NCBI GenBank assembly: GCA_008690995.1
Contig: VRMN01000005.1
Coordinates: forward strand, 62,001 to 126,000
Direction of reading: 5' to 3'
From: Porphyridium purpureum
Taxonomy: Eukaryota
Length of the DNA: 64,000 bases
In this document: piece by piece, positions 52,985-63,456 of the stretch
How the letters are laid out: each line of letters opens with the position of its first letter
Numbering within the stretch: position 1 is the first letter of the stretch
The notes under the pieces: model-generated
Database searches by the model: none
The model's input: the letters and a program-made list of their open reading frames with translations, nothing else
What the model was told of the DNA's origin: nothing
Translations under genes and position numbers: made by a program

Positions 52985-53699
52985 TGTTCTTGCCGCTGAT
53001 CCCGCCGGACATTCGCGTCGTGTCGCCGCTCTGCCGCCTCGAGTTCTCTCAACACGCATTGCCACCTTCCCAATGCAATGCGCCAGGTAGCGACTTTTCG
53101 ACATTTTTGAATTTTTGAAACGACGTAGATGTACAGTAGAAGTACAGTATCTTCACATGACTTCTCTGTACGTGAAAAGACGAACAGAGCGACGCGAGGA
53201 AACAGCAGTCTCCGAACGCATCCACTGAATCAATCGCCTTACGGAGCGGCCTGTCCATTCATGCGAATTACGATCAACCTCTTCACCAAGTCGCACTCCA
53301 TCAATGCAGAAAAAAATAAAGCCGCATTAGCGAGCCAAATCGTCGCGCCGGTATCGACCCAGGACCAGCCGCACCCACATCATTTCATGAGCAGACTGTC
53401 GACTGGTCGACGGGCTCCGAATGGTGTGCTTATGGTTGAAAGGCTTTGTGTCCTTTCCCAAATCCAGTGCAAGGAAAATCTTCAATAATGTTCACAGAGT
53501 AGAAAGGAACTCGCTCAGACACTGTGAACAATTTACATCAACTCCGAGCTCAAGCAGGAGAAGCTACCGAATGTGAAAATCAATGCATTCGATAACATAG
53601 CCTTCCTATCTTTCAAAGAGGCTCAGATATACCTGCCTGTTCCGGCTCGGTCGAAAAATGAGCAATCTCGTCACTATCCGATCGTTTCGACTGCTTTCC

Positions 53700-56600
53700 T
53701 GCCTTTCGTGAGTAGTCTTCCTGCCCGCTGGTGTCATCATTGCGCCGCCTCAAGTCGCCAAGCTCCCCAATGCGTACCCACACAGCCCTTTCTCTCGTGC
53801 TACCGTTTGCACTGAGCGTGGAAAAATCACTTCAGATGATGATGAGGCAAACGTCGGACGTGCGCCTTTCCCTTCGGTGAGAGCGGACCACCTTCGCACA
53901 CTTAAATCCGTCCGAACCAAGTCGCATTCCTGCCGTCTGTCTCGGCGGTGAGCACGCGCGGCTTCTTCGCGTCGCGCTGATGTGTTGTGGTACCGCACTA
54001 AAGCATCGATTCCGCCATTGATTGCTCTGCAACATGGATGAGGCAGGCTGGAGCTTGAGACAAAGCCATACAGTCCAAGTCGAAGTGGGCAGCTGCCTAC
54101 CAGCCACCGATAGGAATTAACGCGCAGATCTTTGAATGGATCCAGCGAAGACTGCAAAATCGGGCAGACCTTGCTCAGTGAACGCAGGTGCCTCAACACG
54201 TGCGCGCCTCTCGACCCGCAACCTCTAGATTCCATGCAGATTGTGGCATATGCGCACATGGAAAGGAAATCCTGGGAATCGTTCTCGACAGTAGCAGCAG
54301 GTGTTGTCGCTGAGAGTTGATTAGGCTTGACAAAATCGCAACCTGGCGAGTCGTACACAGTGAAAGCACCGGTGCGAAAAATTGCGATGACATTCTGCAC
54401 AACTTTGAGGAGTTTCATGAATGAAGCAGGCGGGTGAAGATGAGGCAGTGAAAGGAGCCCGCATGCAAAGGAAGATGATTACACGTACGAGTTTCGACGC
54501 GCACACAATGGCGCGCTCCGCCAGATACGATTCATTACATGCAAGCAGCCGAAGACGCGTGAGCGACGAAGGCGACAACGGGATGCGCTCCAGCATGCTC
54601 GACTTTGCTGCGCACGAGCCATGCCCAAGACTGCCAAAGTTCGAGCTGTCGTTGCCGGTATTTCCTGGCAAATATCGACGAGGAAAAGAGCCGTGCGTCG
54701 GTCGACTTTTGGCTTTCGGAGTCGAGCGCATCGGACACCTGAGAATCGCTCATCGATAGCCCTGCCTTGTGGTTGCTGCCGGGCGAAGCTCCAGGATGAG
54801 TGCAGTACCCGAACGTGACGAAGACCTTGAGGTAAAATAGGAACTTGTTTCCGGAAGAAGCACGTTAATTGCCTGTGTGTATCTGATTGATGCGCCATTC
54901 GGAACTGGCCGGAGGGTCTCCCACCTGCAACCCTTCGATCGGCTCATATCGAATCATCCTCGCTCTTCAGCCTCACCGTGCAATAATTTTCACAGTGAAA
55001 TTCTCCCTCCTTTTTGAATCTCGAGAGCTGCATTCAATAACGTATTGACCAACCAGCGGCAAACGCGAAAAATTGAGCGAAAGAGAACAGATCGGACAAA
55101 TGTCCATGGTTCATTGCACTTCATAGAAGCTGAGAAATCCTGACTTATTCGGACTTGCTCGAAAGGTGATGACAGCCTCATCGTCATCATTTTCTTGTTG
55201 TACCTATCGGGTCCTACTTTTTTGAGCGGTCGTCTCGGACGTGGAGCCTCGCCGCGCTGTCCCGCTGCTGAGAAGGTCTAATCCAATCATGTGTCTAGAT
55301 GTTTCATCGTCAGGCGCACGCCACGCTTTGCACGCACTTTTCAATCCTATTTCGGTGTCTCCAAACCGCAGTGCTCCGATGTTTCGCACAAGAACACCAG
55401 CAACGTCTTGCTTCTGCTCATCAAAATGACGGCGAGCCCTGATAGATTGACGGGCTAAAGGCGGTAGGGAACACGTCGAGCTGCGACAGCTCGACATGCT
55501 GGGTTCCGCTTCACACTTTGCACACGAGGTCATGCCAAAACCGGCTCCGATTTCTCCGTGTTCCCCATTTTCGAGTGCCGGTGGCATTTCTTTGGAGTTA
55601 TTCCCTTTTCACGACTTGAATCTGAAATTGCACGATTGATGTCGTTTCCTCTCCGACCGCATACCAGTCTTCGTATTTTTGACGGAGATGTTTGGCATCC
55701 TTCCGTCTTTCACCTTGTTGAATTCCTCCGGCGCAGCATCGACACGGTTCGAAATTCTCGTCGCTGCGTGTTCCGGCAGACACGCGCCAAGCCCGGCGAC
55801 ATGATTACAGATGCGGACGCCTGTCTGGATACGCTTGACCAAAGCGTCACCAACGTGTGAAGAATGTGCACGGCTCGCTTCCAAGTTAGCACGTTGCGCG
55901 TTGCGCTCGGACATGGAAAGTACAATGGACTGTACACTTCTCCATGAAGACGAACTGACGTGGCGGCGTGCATATTCGGTTGCGCAGTCCGTCGGGAGCC
56001 TCGCAGAATGTCACGGCAAGCTCTCACGTACGTACCGTCAGACACGCGCCTGTGCGGTTTGTCGCTGCGTGCGGTCGGTCAGATTCGTTCCAAGTCGAGA
56101 TTTTCTGGTTACGTTCGCGTTCTTCTTCGTTCTGTCTGCCTTTTTATACTTTCTTGTCGCAACCGCAGTCTCGCACTGAGTACAAACAAATCCCGGTCAG
56201 AGTCTCGTCAGGCTCGTACACCGTGCCTCGGCTATGTTTCCAGCACAATCTTCACTAAACACCGACGCCAACAACAATCTAATCGAGTCGTACAAGCCAC
56301 TTGCGTGAAAGAAGGGACAGATCCTAGTTGTGTCCTTGCCCGAGGCACTCCTGTCTCGTCCGTCTTCTGAAAGAAAGCTCCTTCGCTGCCCCTGCTGAAT
56401 TCTTCCATTCGAGGACGGCTGCGTGTTTCCGTCCAGCATGAGAAAAAAGAAAGACAGTTGACATTCTGTGCCAACATGGCGAGCGCGAGTCTCGACAATT
56501 TCAAATGGTTACGTTCCTGGCACCCGGGACATAAACAAGTCTGCGTACATAGATCACGTCCTAAGCCCTTGTGGACTACGTGCTGCCTGGAAAAAGTTGT

Positions 56601-57000
56601 CCAGCAGAGTCAAATATCAACCGCAAAGTCCGCACGACACGTGCTCCAGAATAGCTTCATGCTGGGATGAAGAAAATATCAGGTACCCGAAAGATCAAGA
56701 ATTTCAGCACTGGGTCGGAGGCCTGTGGCCCTCTGAAGACCATGAAGCGAGCTAGCAGCAAAACGAGTGCGGTGGCGAATGAGGTCAAGTTCAAAGTGCT
56801 TGACTATGCTAAACCAAAGCCATGCACGAAGCTTGTAAATTTTCAACCTTCACTTCCACTTTTCCCAAAACAAGACATGGGCCTCGACCAGTCCGCTCAG
56901 TTTCTAGCCCAGGAAGAGCCGAATTCACCACCGTGCCATACAAGACTCTTTCTGTCTGACTACTCAGAACTGATACCTACTCTGATCGTAGAACCTGAAA
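53700..57000 (-). mobile_element. Possible highly degenerate LTR (Ty3/Gypsy-like) retrotransposon remnant
   Basis: A gene-free stretch in an otherwise packed window. Frame-broken minus-strand fragments faintly resemble protease (MIGLDLL) and integrase (ILPQGLR..HPG..; VFG..IVSGGARH; FTASSSP). Boundaries are approximate. Confidence 0.35.
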
Positions 57001-57124
57001 AAATACGTTGAAAGGAGAAGCGAAGAGTATGACCAATAACTTAGCGATTTGTCCCCCCGAAAAGGGACCTAAAGTTCATGCGCGCGAATGTGATGCACAT
57101 AAAAGTTGAGACCCGCCACCTCGC

Positions 57125-59002
57125 TCACATTGCGTTCTCGTTTTTACACTGACTAGGAGGCGCCGGACTCATGCTCTCAGACTTCAGCCGGAGGAGGTGA
57201 GAGGACGGAGCTAGCCGTGACACCTTTCCTAGCACACCAGAATCGTCTGTACGAACAAGTAGTTGGCCGGGCGACACCAAATTGCTATTCTCTTGTTGCT
57301 GAGGTTCAAGATCCTCCCAGGCTACGTAAGACAGCTCCCCGTGAACGAGCGTAGCCAGCACACGTCCTCGGAGCACAGAATTCAGCATGGGGCTGACCTT
57401 GTGTCGCGCGTAAAAATTCGACTCTGTCACTAGCGTTTTGCCTTCGGGATCCCAAATAACTAAGTCAGCATCGTAGCCATGAGCAAGTCTTCCCTTCATG
57501 CCGTCCAAACCGAAGATGGCGGCTGGCTGCTCACTGAGAAGCGCACTGAGCGCCTCGAGCGACAGAACATTCCCAAGCTCAGTCGCGGCGGTCCAGACTC
57601 CTAAAAGACGATGCTGCAGGCCGGAAATGCCTCCCCACGCGTCGCGCACATTCCCTGAGTCCAAGTTCTTATACTTTGGAAGCGTTGGCGAATGGTCGCT
57701 GGCGATGAGTTGAATCGCATCACCTTCAATTAAAAGTTTCCAAAGTTCGCGACGATTCTGCTCCTGCCGGATGGGAGGCGCGCACTTAAATTCTGGGCGC
57801 CCGTCTGGAATTTGTTCGGCGCTGTATAGCAGATATTGCGTACACGTTTCAGCTGTGACGTTCGCACCTAGCCCACGCGCGAAACGGACCAGGCGCGCAG
57901 CGTGTACCGAAGAAAGATGGCAAATATGTACGTGACATCCTGTACGATGCGCGCGATCCAGAGCAGCCATGACCGCATCTACTTCCCATGCGTCCGGACG
58001 CGAGCGCATGAACTCGCTGTAGCTCGATTCGCTAACCAAAGCGCGCCGTGCCTGCGTGCTGTTCTTGTCCCCCTCCGCTTCTTCCGGGGCAAGCTCAGCG
58101 TGCAGCATATAAGGAATGCTCGTCCCAAAGCGAGCACCGATGACCTGCATACTCCTGCTCAAAGTCTCCAGGTTCACGTGCGGGAAATCTGCCGACTGCG
58201 AGTCGATCATAAAACTCTTGAATGCCAAGACTCCACCGCGCTCCACAAGATCTACGAGTTCGTCCTCGTTGCTGGGGATTACGCCACCAATCAATCCTAC
58301 GTCCACGAACAGTTTGCTCAAAGCCATAGCTTCAACTTTGGCTCTCAGAGCTGACATGGACACCGTCGACGGGATGCAGTTCAGAGGCATATCTAGAATC
58401 GTGGTCGTACCTCCCGCTGCGGCTGCCTTCGTGGCGCTTGCGAAGCCTTCCCAGCTCGTTCGATCCGGATCCGACGCCTCGTTTATGTGCACGTGCGGAT
58501 CCACCAGCCCGGGCATCACGACCAAATCTCCGACATCGACCACCGCTGCCAAACTGCCGGCGCTGATTCCATATTCATCGAGGCCATCCTCACTCCCTGC
58601 ATACTCAATCGTCCCATCCAATCCCACAACTACAAGTCCTGGTGTCTTTGCTTGCGGTTCTTCAACATTGCGCTGTTCCCCACCAAGCACGAGCCGCCGC
58701 GTTCGTATGGCGTACCGACCCCTGTTAGCCGCTCGCAATGCAGGCAGTGATCGCAAGGCGTTGAGCACGCTTGAGTATGCACTCAAATCATTCACGTGTT
58801 CATCTTCCCCAGATGTCCTCGCGATCTCGGGGGCGATCTGCACACGATTCGTTGCCGACTGAGCGCGCTTAGGCTCGCGCGGATTGGCTTCTCGTGATGG
58901 GATGGATGCGTCATCATGCGGAGATAGATACCACGTTAGCAAGACAAGAGCGACGTGCGCGATCCAAAGTACGACGCCCGCGCGAATCAGCACCTGCGCC
59001 AT
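57125..59002 (-). CDS. ALN: Allantoinase with N-terminal membrane anchor
   Basis: MPGLVDPHVHINE, WEGF.SATKAAAAGG.TT..DMPLNCIPST, FKSFM, HAEL, SRP..WE..A, HICHLSS, FKCAPPIR, SDHSP, AWGGISGLQ. Confidence 0.95.
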   Translation of the reverse strand: MAQVLIRAGVVLWIAHVALVLLTWYLSPHDDASIPSREANPREPKRAQSATNRVQIAPEIARTSGEDEHVNDLSAYSSVLNALRSLPALRAANRGRYAIRTRRLVLGGEQRNVEEPQAKTPGLVVVGLDGTIEYAGSEDGLDEYGISAGSLAAVVDVGDLVVMPGLVDPHVHINEASDPDRTSWEGFASATKAAAAGGTTTILDMPLNCIPSTVSMSALRAKVEAMALSKLFVDVGLIGGVIPSNEDELVDLVERGGVLAFKSFMIDSQSADFPHVNLETLSRSMQVIGARFGTSIPYMLHAELAPEEAEGDKNSTQARRALVSESSYSEFMRSRPDAWEVDAVMAALDRAHRTGCHVHICHLSSVHAARLVRFARGLGANVTAETCTQYLLYSAEQIPDGRPEFKCAPPIRQEQNRRELWKLLIEGDAIQLIASDHSPTLPKYKNLDSGNVRDAWGGISGLQHRLLGVWTAATELGNVLSLEALSALLSEQPAAIFGLDGMKGRLAHGYDADLVIWDPEGKTLVTESNFYARHKVSPMLNSVLRGRVLATLVHGELSYVAWEDLEPQQQENSNLVSPGQLLVRTDDSGVLGKVSRLAPSSHLLRLKSESMSPAPPSQCKNENAM

Positions 59003-59026
59003 TCTTGCTCAAGTCACGCGTGCCAT

Positions 59027-59712
59027 TTAAAAGATGTGCAAGGCGTTTGTGAAAGTCCAGAATAGGAGAAAGGACAGGAGAATGTCACGGTCTGCGACGC
59101 CGTAGAAAAGCAGGGAGCGTGTCGGACTGAGCAAGTAGGTGCTCGGGCGCGCACGGCAAAGGCAAATGTAGATGGCCAGCGCTTGGAGGAGCGCACTGAG
59201 CACGTAAAACAACAGGCCTTGCCAAGATTGCAGGCCTAGGAGACCGCAGATCACACCGCCATAGATAGAGGCGTGCGACCGCCTGAAGAACGGAGCACGA
59301 AACGATGAGCAGGAAGGAGAAACAAGTAAGAAAGAAGAAAAATAAAAAACCAAACAGTGGGATCTGGTCAGTCATTTGCAGATGAAGCGGTATCTTCTCC
59401 GTTGCCATGAAACAACCATGGTTTCGACGCGCACGACAGATCCACACAAAGACCGGAGTATTGCAGCACAAGAACGTACAAGGTATGTATGCTTCTCAGA
59501 TTGAAAGCGTCGTTGCGTACGCGACCAGCCTGAAAGACGACGGACGCGGAGTTCCTGCCGTCACGTTGCTGCGTTTGCTCCAATTGTTGCTCTTCCTGCT
59601 GCAGCGCCGACCGCGACCCGTGGCTGAGAGGATGATGGTTATGGAGCGCGGATGTTCCGCTCTGCAGAGACAGCGCATCTATGCCTCCTGCACCTCCCAT
59701 TAACGGATCCAT
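59027..59712 (-). CDS. EMC6: ER membrane complex subunit 6 (EMC6); intron 59283-59479
   Basis: FNLRSIHTL|RSHASIYGGVICGLLGL.SWQGLLFY...LLSFLLFWTF..AL is restored by a GTACGT...TTCAG intron. Confidence 0.85.
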
Positions 59713-59837
59713 CGCAACCTTCACGCCCGCACTGACATACGCACACTCGCACGTCTGCCACGAACGTCCGCACGAGAAACTGCCAGTTGTTGACTGCCGG
59801 AGTAAGGGACCGCTGAGTGACGTCGGGCACGGCAAAG

Positions 59838-61019
59838 ATGGCGCGCTCGTTGAGCATCTGGCTGTGGGTGGTGGTAGGATGCTGCGTGCTGGCGTGCGCG
59901 GTGAACCGGGGCGTGCGCGCCGCCCCGATTGAGCACGTTGATGAGCATGCCGAGATGATCAAACAGATGAACGGGATGATCGGCAAGATGGAGAGCACAC
60001 TAGAAAACGTGCGCGCCGCATTCAAAGCCAAGGAGGCAGAGCTGCAGTCAGCGACGGGCTTGCGCAAGAAGGAGATGGAGCGCCTCGGCAAGGAGAAGAA
60101 GGAGCTGCAGGCCACGTATGAAAACACTGCGAAACAAGTTGAACATTTGCAGGAGGCCGTGGCAGGCTTGGAGAAGCAGTGGCGAAGTACTGCTTCCGAC
60201 TTGCAAAAGGAGAAACAAGAGACTAAGAAAGAGCGGCAGGCGCGTGAAAAGGTGGCGCGCGAGCTGGCCAAGTCACAGGCAGAGTTCCAAGCGTTGCACG
60301 ATAGGTTTGCGCAGAGCTCGGTAACAACAATCTGGCTCACAACGGCAGAGGACATGGCCGATGAGATTGGCACCTTCCTTGGCTCACCGCGCATTGCTGA
60401 CTTTCTCAAGATGTCTGCCGCTAAAATCACCAGTCTGACGCTCGAAATGAACGATCTAGTGCAGACGAAGATGGGCGCCAAGCAGTACGGGCTTGTTGTG
60501 CGCTCACTACTCGCTCTGGTCACTTTTTCGGTGCCCATATACGTTGGATTTTACCTTATCAGCCGTGCTGGAAAGATTTTCGGTGCGCATGAGCAGGTAC
60601 TCATCGCCTTTGTGCTGTTTCTCGTGACGTGCATGACGTTGTTCTTCGCGGCGCTTGTGCTTCGCGCGGATCCACTTGCGGTGCTTCTGGTAAACCGTGA
60701 CGACAAGGGCTTTTCGGTGACGCTGATATTGCTGAGCTGCGCGGTGGGTGTGCTCGTTACGCTGGCGCTGCTAGTTCGCGTTCTCATCAATGTTGAGACG
60801 GTTGAAGAGCGTGCGGCGTGCGTTATCCAGATGATCGCCCTCATGACACTCGCGGCGACGTGGCGCTCATTGTTCTGGAACCCTTTGATGAAGCCCATGC
60901 TTTCGTACAAAGCGCCGCACCCTGTGTTCTATGCTGGCTTTGCGGCGGTCTTTGTTTCCATGACTGTGTTGTCCCTCAAGATGAAAGAGCTTCGGAGAGT
61001 GACAGCAAGGTCGGAGTAG
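59838..61019 (+). CDS. Unknown membrane protein: signal peptide + coiled coil + ~5 TM (tandem copy A)
   Basis: Signal peptide ending VRA, a ~120-aa heptad region and hydrophobic helices; clear paralog of 61289-62557. Confidence 0.8.
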   Translation: MARSLSIWLWVVVGCCVLACAVNRGVRAAPIEHVDEHAEMIKQMNGMIGKMESTLENVRAAFKAKEAELQSATGLRKKEMERLGKEKKELQATYENTAKQVEHLQEAVAGLEKQWRSTASDLQKEKQETKKERQAREKVARELAKSQAEFQALHDRFAQSSVTTIWLTTAEDMADEIGTFLGSPRIADFLKMSAAKITSLTLEMNDLVQTKMGAKQYGLVVRSLLALVTFSVPIYVGFYLISRAGKIFGAHEQVLIAFVLFLVTCMTLFFAALVLRADPLAVLLVNRDDKGFSVTLILLSCAVGVLVTLALLVRVLINVETVEERAACVIQMIALMTLAATWRSLFWNPLMKPMLSYKAPHPVFYAGFAAVFVSMTVLSLKMKELRRVTARSE

Positions 61020-61288
61020 GCCCGAGACAGAGGATTCTGAGGACGGGCGGTATGCAGCATGTCAGTGTTGCGCCCATCAGCACCGTCGTGTGACGGTGAG
61101 CCAACATCGCTTGGGTCTCGGCTCGGGCTTTTGCCGCAAAGCGTTGGGCACATGCGTCCCAAGTAGCGAGACAGCTCAGGTACCGCCTTTCGTTTACTAA
61201 AATGCCCCTGTCTGGTGATTTTATGGTGCCTTGACCAGCTTATACTGGGGGCGGAAGCGTGCCTTTGAGGGTGGGTGAGAGAGATGCG

Positions 61289-62557
61289 ATGAGAAGGATG
61301 GCGCGGGTCGCTCTGGGATGCGCGCTCGTGTTGCTGATATGCGCGCACGCCGCAGGCGTGGCCGGAGCGCCGCAGGGTAAAGCCGTCAAGGCGCAAGGGC
61401 ATGTGGATGAGCACGCGAACATGATCAAGCAGATGGACGGCATGATCGGCAAGATGGAGAGCACTTTGGAAAATGTGCGCGCCGCTCTCAAGGAGAAGGA
61501 GGTCGAGCTGGAGGAGGCGGCGGGCCTGCGCGAGAAGGACATCGAGAGGCTCAATGCAGAGAAGAAGGAGCTCCAAAGCATGTTTGGGCGAACGCAGAAG
61601 CAGGTGGACGAGCTGCACGCGTCGGTGCGCAAGCTGGAAGAGGATCGCGCACGGACAGCAGCAGACCTGGGGAAGGAGCGAGCCGCAAAGGCTAATGTGG
61701 CCCGCCAGCTATCAAACGCCCAGGCTGAGTTTATGGAGTTGCGCATGCAGCTCGAGCGCAGCTCGCTTTCGTCGCTCTGGCTTGTAGCCGCGGGCGAGAT
61801 GGCCGACGAGATTGGAGACTTTCTCGAGTCGCCACGCACTGCCGAGTTTCTCAAGAAATCTGCTGAGAAGCTCACAGAGATCACAATTGAAGGATATGGT
61901 ATTGTGCAGGAAACCATTGGTGCAAAGAAGTACGGCTTTTTCGTCCGCACCATGCTCTCGCTGTTCACGGTCATGGTCCCCGTGTATGTGACGTGGTCCC
62001 TTCTCAGCCGTGCCGGGAGCGTGTTATCGACACGACAGTACGTTATCATCGTGCAAGTTGTGTTCGCCACTTTCTGCTTGACCCTTTTCGCGGCTGCAAT
62101 CATGTTGCAGGCCGACCCGGTGGCAGTGCTTCAGACAAGTCAACATGACAATGGCTTCACGGTGACAATGATGCTAGTGATTGTGGCGGGTGCTGTGGTT
62201 CCGTTCAACCTGCTGCTCTACTTCCGCGCTGTACTGAGCGCAGCGTCTGCGCAAGAACGCTTGTCGTATGGTATCCAGGTGGCGGCATTTTTGACGCTTG
62301 TGTTTGTCTGGCGCAACCTCTTTTGGATCCCGCTCATGAAGCCATCGCTTGTGTACGTGCCGCCGCATCCGACGTTTTACGCGGGCTTTGCATGTATATT
62401 TTTGACGATGATGTTTCTCACCGTCAAAGCCAAGGCAGTGTCTGCCAATGAAAGCGTAGCCACGGACGTGGATAACATCATCAGCGGAATCGAAAACAGC
62501 GTGCGCGACCTCCAGTCAGGTTCAAGTGGCAATACGTGGAGCAAACGAGAAAACTAA
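61289..62557 (+). CDS. Unknown membrane protein: signal peptide + coiled coil + ~5 TM (tandem copy B)
   Basis: Shares HVDEHA.MIKQM.GMIGKMESTLENVRAA, MADEIG.FL.SPR, ADP.AVL and WR.LFW.PLMKP...PHP.FYAGFA with copy A. Confidence 0.8.
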   Translation: MRRMARVALGCALVLLICAHAAGVAGAPQGKAVKAQGHVDEHANMIKQMDGMIGKMESTLENVRAALKEKEVELEEAAGLREKDIERLNAEKKELQSMFGRTQKQVDELHASVRKLEEDRARTAADLGKERAAKANVARQLSNAQAEFMELRMQLERSSLSSLWLVAAGEMADEIGDFLESPRTAEFLKKSAEKLTEITIEGYGIVQETIGAKKYGFFVRTMLSLFTVMVPVYVTWSLLSRAGSVLSTRQYVIIVQVVFATFCLTLFAAAIMLQADPVAVLQTSQHDNGFTVTMMLVIVAGAVVPFNLLLYFRAVLSAASAQERLSYGIQVAAFLTLVFVWRNLFWIPLMKPSLVYVPPHPTFYAGFACIFLTMMFLTVKAKAVSANESVATDVDNIISGIENSVRDLQSGSSGNTWSKREN

Positions 62558-62658
62558 ACTTCTCGTATTCCTTCTCGCATGCCTTGATTGTGACTGTTCC
62601 CATTCCCGTTCCCGTTCCCGCCCCGTTTTGCAAAATTTTGTTCTGAAAGACCCTTCAC

Positions 62659-63456
62659 CTAATGCTTCGCACTCAGCTTCTCCGGCATCCGATCACGTCG
62701 TGCTAGCCAGTTGAAATCGAGCTGAAGCATTGCCGCCTGGATGGACGGGAAAAACTCTGTGTACTCGTGCAACTGCTCTCTTTGGATTCCAAAGCACTGC
62801 GTGCGCGCGAGCAGAACAGATACCTCATGATATTCTATCGAGCTATCCTCAGGCATGAACAGCAGCGCAACGCCGTAAACATATGCAAGACCCAAGATAT
62901 GCGTAAGCACTACGTGCGGGGTGCTCTCAAAACGGATGACCACAACCGCCATCTCTTTCCGCTCACAGGCGCGAACGACTTCATTGAGACCAAATACAAA
63001 CCCGTGCGGCTTCATCTTGGTAAGCTTCCTTCGCTCGACCCTTTTTGTCCTTCGGCGAGCTGATTGGCTCGACGAGCAGGCGTCTCTTTTCCCAGCTCGC
63101 TCACGTTCGCTCGTCTCTCGCCCTGTTTCGTGTTCACATGACCCTGCGTCTGCACCCTGCTCACCAAGCTCAAGTCGCGGCCGCTTCGCTGGGCCTGGCA
63201 CACCATCTTCGACTATCTCCAGACCGCTCTCAGCATCTAGCTGGGCAGCTTGTGCTACTCTCGCGCTTTGCCTGCACAGCTGAACAACAAGCCGCAAAAA
63301 CTCGGCCGCAGCATTGCGCTGAGCTGCATCTGGCTGGTCGACTGGGACTTTCACAGCATACGTGGACGATACCACAGACTTGACATTCAGACGCGGAGGA
63401 CGCGACGACGTGCGAGGAGCTCCGGCACCACCCGCGCGTCCTGTGGGTGTCTGCAT
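62659..63456 (-). CDS. L7Ae-family protein, RNase P/MRP subunit RPP38/Pop3-like
   Basis: L7Ae core FGLNEVVRACE....VVV......P.VVL.HI..LA...GV. The N-terminal RLNVKSVVSSTY resembles the RPP38 start, supporting ATG 63456. Confidence 0.65.
   Translation of the reverse strand: MQTPTGRAGGAGAPRTSSRPPRLNVKSVVSSTYAVKVPVDQPDAAQRNAAAEFLRLVVQLCRQSARVAQAAQLDAESGLEIVEDGVPGPAKRPRLELGEQGADAGSCEHETGRETSERERAGKRDACSSSQSARRRTKRVERRKLTKMKPHGFVFGLNEVVRACERKEMAVVVIRFESTPHVVLTHILGLAYVYGVALLFMPEDSSIEYHEVSVLLARTQCFGIQREQLHEYTEFFPSIQAAMLQLDFNWLARRDRMPEKLSAKH

Noticed and set aside
6574..63456. Apparent cluster of RNA-processing genes (yqgF, RBMX2, DEAD helicase, THUMPD1, archease, ataxin-2, WDR4, RPP38)
   Set aside because: Interspersed with unrelated genes and plausible by chance in a reduced genome; enrichment cannot be shown without genome-wide counts.
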